Positions 61,301 through 64,000 of a stretch of DNA of 64,000 nucleotides are shown in pieces. A program made the translations under genes and the position numbers. The stretch's first letter is position 1. Each line of letters starts with the position of its first letter. Below the pieces are notes generated by a model. The model was not told the origin of the DNA. It was given only the letters and a program-made list of their open reading frames with translations, and searched no databases. The stretch spans positions 67,179,729 through 67,243,728 of the forward strand of contig NC_068991.1 of assembly GCF_001194135.2 (NCBI RefSeq), in the 5' to 3' direction. This DNA comes from Octopus bimaculoides (Eukaryota).

Positions 61301-63689
61301 ATTGTAGTTGAGCAGGTTAAAAATTAACTTGCTTAAGGTGAGAAGAGAAAGCAGCTGGGCATGAAATGGCATCAGTTAATGTCTACAAAGTGATACACAA
61401 GAATGACACCTGTTGGAAGAAAACCAGTTGAATACTGAGAACTGAAAGTAATTATGGTAGAGCAAAATCTAAGGTGTCGTAAGGTTATATCTGGGTCTCA
61501 GAGATGAGATGACCAATGTGAAATGGTGTGGATGTATGTTGCTACATAGACTAGTGCAATCTATGTCAGTATAAAAAAAAAAACTTATTATGATGGTGCT
61601 CTTGCCAAAATGATCACAAATATGAAGAGGTCATGTAATTACCCAAAATTATAATTAAAAGGTTAAGAAACTCCTCAGCAAGCACACTGGTTTGTCTGAC
61701 AGAATCTTCTTGACCACCTGGATCGTCATAATTAGACCTAGGATAAAATAGAAGCTAATTACAGAAAAGACAATTGTAATAATTATAATATGGATACATC
61801 AAATATCAGATGTTGTTAAGTTAAGAATAAACTCCATCAACAAGAAAAAAATAACAGAATGAGATTAATTGAGAGTCACTTACTTGACCCAAGCAAGTAA
61901 ACCATACTTGTTCAACAAGTGAATGAGAAACTCATCAGGATTTAAAAGAGAAGCACCAATCTGGCAAAGTAAACAAAGAAAATTCTGTTACAAAGCATTC
62001 AAAGAAAATCACAATATTGGGTTGTAGAATAAAAGTGATTTATCATCAATGTATATACAGACTGTCCTCATTTAACGACCGAGTTACGTTCCAACAGCCC
62101 CGTTGTTAAACGAATATTCATAGGGTACGTATTTTTTTTTTTATAGGTATAGTGTACTGTATGTACATATAAAAACAGAATACCGTACTGTATAAAGTAT
62201 ATGCGGTACAGGGCCAAGAATCACTAACATAAACTGTTGAAAAATGAATAAGTAACAGTAAGATTATAACAAGGAAAACCTTAAAAGTTAAGAAATGAAT
62301 ACTGTATTATTGTAGCTCAGACATGGTAAGTATGTTTGTGATTCCAGGTCCAGTACGTAAGATGCCTAATAAACTTTTCTCAGGGTTATATAGAAAAGGT
62401 GAAAAGGTTTAAAGGAAACTCAAACATAATAACTTTGTTTTACTTTGGATAAAGATTACAAAAGCAACTCATTCTTGACATCAAAATGCATGAAAAATCC
62501 CATCAGTATTGTTTGCTCTGTTATCTTCTTTTTTTCGTCATAAATTTCTCGATAACATCAAAAAAAGTTCAGTTGTCTGCTTTTCCACTTTGGAAAATCG
62601 CTCAAAATTTGGATCCATCGCCTCAAGTTCTGTTTTGTAAAATATGTAATGACGGCTCATAAAGTTCGTAGTAACTCCGAGTGGTCGTTAAATGAGGACA
62701 GTCTGTATAGTATTCTACAGTAGAATGTGAATGTGTAATGCAAATAAATAAAGTATATAAGGTAAAAAGTGTTCCAGGGGTGATCATAAAAGGAATTTAA
62801 CACTTGGAGTAAAGTGGTTTGATTAAATTTTAACATGAAGTAGGTTATGTCTAGGTGTCAGAGATAAAATGACTAGGACTGAGTATGGCTGTATGTTGTA
62901 CAGCAGACCAATTCAATGTATGCCAATATAAAAAAAAAAAAAACAAGTGTTAAATCTGGTAGTGGTGATGATATTTTCTATCTTATAAGAAGCATGACTG
63001 AGCTTTATAGATGAGACAACACAGAACTGAGATAGATAGAAAGATACCACAAGCAGTGGATGTTACAAATGGATGTTATACCTATATTATAGATGATGAT
63101 GAAGGTAGAATATCTCAGCATGTAAAACTCAATCTAAGCAGCAACTTCATTGAATACACAGGACAGAACAAAACTTCCCACTAACATCCAGTGGGAACCT
63201 AGAATTTCAAACGTCACAAAACAGTGGAAACTAAAACAATCATAACAGGTACCTGTGCATGTTGTCTACTAATATGTGAAATATTTAGTGAGCTAACACA
63301 ATCAAAATATCGTAAAACTTCCAAACAATAGCCAACAACGTCTACTTGCATGTGTCAATGAGTTCTGACTTTTTAAAGTAGATGAATAAACTCTCTGAGT
63401 GGTTGGCGTTAGGAAGGGCATCCAGCTGTAGAAACTCTGCCAAATCAGACTGGAGCCTGGTGTTGCCATCCGGTTTCACCAGTCCTCAGTCAAATCGTCC
63501 AACCCATGCCAGCATGGAAAGCGGACGTTAAACAATGATGATGATGATGATGATCACTAATGGAACTGATAGCCATATCTACGGAAAACAAGTTTAAAGG
63601 AACACAAAGAAGATAAACTATACCTGTAACATAACAATATCTTTATCATACATTTCTACACGGCATCTTACATTGTTATAAAAGAAGAT
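31803..63689 (-). CDS. UBR2: E3 ubiquitin-protein ligase UBR1/UBR2 (N-recognin), 5'-partial, 25 exons found, at least one internal exon missing
   Basis: Spliced translation contains [62 protein letters not shown]2 [37 protein letters not shown]-terminal [15 protein letters not shown] and [18 protein letters not shown], all hallmarks of UBR1/UBR2. Confidence 0.95.
33498..33599 (-). CDS. UBR2: UBR exon
   Basis: [33 protein letters not shown](K); cag/gtgagt. Confidence 0.96.
33679..34168 (-). mobile_element. SINE-like family A copy (long)
   Basis: Reverse complement of the 17086-17481 type. Confidence 0.85.
35089..35259 (-). CDS. UBR2: UBR exon (C-terminal Cys-rich domain)
   Basis: [41 protein letters not shown](R); cag/gtaaat. 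Confidence 0.96.
36007..36144 (-). CDS. UBR2: UBR exon
   Basis: [36 protein letters not shown](T); cag/gtaagt. Confidence 0.95.
36661..37030 (-). mobile_element. SINE-like family A copy
   Basis: Reverse complement of the 17086-17481 type. Confidence 0.85.
37221..37329 (-). CDS. UBR2: UBR exon
   Basis: [36 protein letters not shown](R); cag/gtttgt. Confidence 0.92.
38050..38520 (-). mobile_element. two nested copies of SINE family C (GGCGGCGAGCTGGCAGAA head)
   Basis: Inner copy ~38262-38495 splits the outer copy; near-duplicated TGCTAAC(T/G)TTTCT at both junctions. Confidence 0.75.
38731..38867 (-). CDS. UBR2: UBR exon
   Basis: [45 protein letters not shown]; cag/gtaaat. Confidence 0.94.
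38995..39070 (-). CDS. UBR2: UBR exon
   Basis: [25 protein letters not shown](G); tag/gtaatt. Confidence 0.9.
39580..39912 (+). mobile_element. tRNA-derived SINE family B copy
   Basis: High similarity to 52138-52587. Confidence 0.85.
40030..40485 (+). mobile_element. degenerate RTE-clade LINE RT C-terminal fragment
   Basis: [13 protein letters not shown] / [35 protein letters not shown] across frameshifts. Confidence 0.75.
41110..41190 (-). mobile_element. RTE-clade LINE fragment
   Basis: [25 protein letters not shown] abutting N gap. Confidence 0.8.
42334..42567 (-). CDS. UBR2: UBR exon
   Basis: [50 protein letters not shown]; cag/gtatgt. Confidence 0.95.
43605..43907. mobile_element. 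piggyBac-like MITE
   Basis: TTAA|CCCTTTACCTACC ... GGGAGGTAATGGG|T(N gap); internal 13-bp x3 AATGTTATTTTG(G/A). Confidence 0.6.
44386..44503. mobile_element. 118-bp piggyBac-like MITE
   Basis: TTAA TSDs (44382-44385, 44504-44507); perfect 10-bp TIR CCCTTTGAGC/GCTCAAAGGG. Confidence 0.8.
44737..44787 (+). other. inverted partial copy of UBR exon 38731-38867
   Basis: + strand reads [17 protein letters not shown] vs exon [23 protein letters not shown]; 31/39 nt identity in the main block, 13-nt exact core CAGGAGTTTCCAC. Confidence 0.75.
46723..47002. repeat. 131-bp inverted repeat with 18-nt loop (foldback element)
   Basis: 46723-46853 vs 46872-47002: 125/131 identical, all 6 mismatches transitions. 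Confidence 0.95.
47651..48100 (+). mobile_element. SINE-like family A copy
   Basis: Same core as 17086-17481. Confidence 0.85.
48383..48443 (-). CDS. UBR2: UBR exon
   Basis: [20 protein letters not shown]; tag/gtaagt. Confidence 0.9.
48541..48904 (+). mobile_element. tRNA-derived SINE family D copy, (CAA)n tail
   Basis: 12-bp TSD ATGATATAACTG at 48529-48540 and 48905-48916. Confidence 0.9.
49116..49227 (-). CDS. UBR2: UBR exon
   Basis: [37 protein letters not shown]; tag/gtaaga; phases fit both neighbours. Confidence 0.85.
49807..49910 (-). CDS. UBR2: UBR exon
   Basis: [34 protein letters not shown]; cag/gttgag. Confidence 0.88.
50694..50873 (-). CDS. UBR2: UBR exon (RING-H2 end)
   Basis: [36 protein letters not shown]; tag/gtaagt. 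Confidence 0.96.
51601..51738 (-). CDS. UBR2: UBR exon (RING-H2)
   Basis: [37 protein letters not shown](R); cag/gtgatt. Confidence 0.96.
52138..52587 (+). mobile_element. full-length tRNA-derived SINE family B with long internal (GT)n
   Basis: Head GGCGCAGGAGTGGCTGTGTGGTAAG, tail (AAAAGAGT)n. Confidence 0.88.
52648..52803 (-). CDS. UBR2: UBR exon (RING-H2 start)
   Basis: [40 protein letters not shown](R); cag/gtaagc. Confidence 0.95.
54334..54581 (-). CDS. UBR2: UBR exon
   Basis: [43 protein letters not shown]; cag/gttgag. Confidence 0.94.
55678..55772 (-). CDS. UBR2: UBR exon
   Basis: [32 protein letters not shown]; cag/gtgagt. Confidence 0.92.
55949..56039 (-). CDS. UBR2: UBR exon
   Basis: [30 protein letters not shown]; cag/gtattc. 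Confidence 0.94.
56494..56799. repeat. 26/27-bp minisatellite, 11 units plus a partial one, inside a family A SINE
   Basis: Consensus TTTTTACGTGGCACCATCACCAGGTGC. Confidence 0.92.
56889..57043 (-). CDS. UBR2: UBR exon
   Basis: [34 protein letters not shown]; cag/gtatgt. Confidence 0.95.
57286..57334 (-). CDS. UBR2: UBR exon
   Basis: [16 protein letters not shown]; cag/gtaaac. Confidence 0.9.
58030..58425 (-). mobile_element. full-length SINE family B copy
   Basis: Reverse complement of the 52138-52587 type. Confidence 0.88.
58710..58812 (-). CDS. UBR2: UBR exon
   Basis: [34 protein letters not shown]; cag/gtaagt. Confidence 0.95.
59457..59688 (+). mobile_element. SINE family C copy inserted in an older family B relic
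   Basis: 21-bp TSD AGAAACAGTGGGAAAGCCTGA at 59436-59456 and 59689-59709. Confidence 0.9.
59989..60041 (-). CDS. UBR2: UBR exon
   Basis: [17 protein letters not shown](K); cag/gtaaga. Confidence 0.92.
60527..60651 (-). CDS. UBR2: UBR exon
   Basis: [34 protein letters not shown]; tag/gtaagt. Confidence 0.95.
60785..61166 (+). mobile_element. SINE-like family A copy
   Basis: Same core and (GAT)n tail. Confidence 0.85.
61643..61737 (-). CDS. UBR2: UBR exon
   Basis: [31 protein letters not shown](G); tag/gtaatt. Confidence 0.92.
61884..61960 (-). CDS. UBR2: UBR exon
   Basis: [25 protein letters not shown](K); cag/gtaagt. Confidence 0.93.
62058..62705 (-). mobile_element. non-autonomous Tigger/pogo element, 648 bp
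   Basis: Perfect 23-bp TIR CAGACTGTCCTCATTTAACGACC; TA TSDs; minus-strand [34 protein letters not shown] resembles the Tigger transposase C-terminus. Confidence 0.9.
63624..63689 (-). CDS. UBR2: UBR exon (first in window)
   Basis: [22 protein letters not shown]; cag/gtatag. Confidence 0.92.
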
Positions 63690-63735
63690 CTGAAAGAGAA
63701 ACAAGAGAGAAAATTAATAACATACAAAATATTTA

Positions 63736-63955
63736 TTTCTTTATTGCCCACAGGGGGCTAAACAAGGACAGACAAGGAGAATAAGTCGATTACATCGACC
63801 AATCGACCCCAGAGCGTAACTGGTACTTATTTAATTGACCCCAAAAGGATGAAAGGCAAAGTTGACCTTGGCAGAATTTGAACTCAGAACATAACAGCAG
63901 ATGAAATACTAAGCATTTTGCCCGGCGTGCTAACGATTCTGCCAGCTCGCTACCT
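63736..63955 (-). mobile_element. SINE family C copy
   Basis: Reverse complement of the 59457-59688 type. Confidence 0.82.
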
Positions 63956-64000
63956 TTAACACAAAATATTAAACAGGTAATAAATATCATTAATTCTTTT

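Overview
AT-rich eukaryotic draft-assembly scaffold with nine N gaps. The SINE/MITE repertoire points to an octopod cephalopod; this is inference from recalled repeat families, not a database result. Two large spliced genes converge tail-to-tail. (1) + strand, 1542-28237: 22 phase-consistent GT-AG exons (771 aa, 5' end outside the window) encoding a long coiled-coil protein recognisable as CEP128 from the KTQEAIKQWK and DPNLWVAEIKNKLCWL motifs. (2) - strand, 63689-31803: 25 exons encoding the C-terminal ~1000 aa of a UBR1/UBR2 N-recognin E3 ligase (RING-H2 and C-terminal Cys-rich domain). At least one internal exon is missing, probably in the gap at 43909-44334. Introns are filled with tRNA-derived SINEs, RTE and CR1 LINE fragments, mariner, Tigger, piggyBac-like and hAT relics, and microsatellites. 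Most interesting observations: an inverted, wobble-compatible partial copy of a UBR exon inside an upstream UBR intron (candidate ADAR editing-complementary sequence); a tRNA-headed SINE ending in a Penelope-type minimal hammerhead ribozyme motif; a GC-rich hAT element that may be horizontally acquired; a 131-bp near-perfect intronic hairpin; and an isolated 5' exon of tRNA-Tyr that stops exactly at the intron site. No CRISPR array or intact tRNA/rRNA gene was seen.
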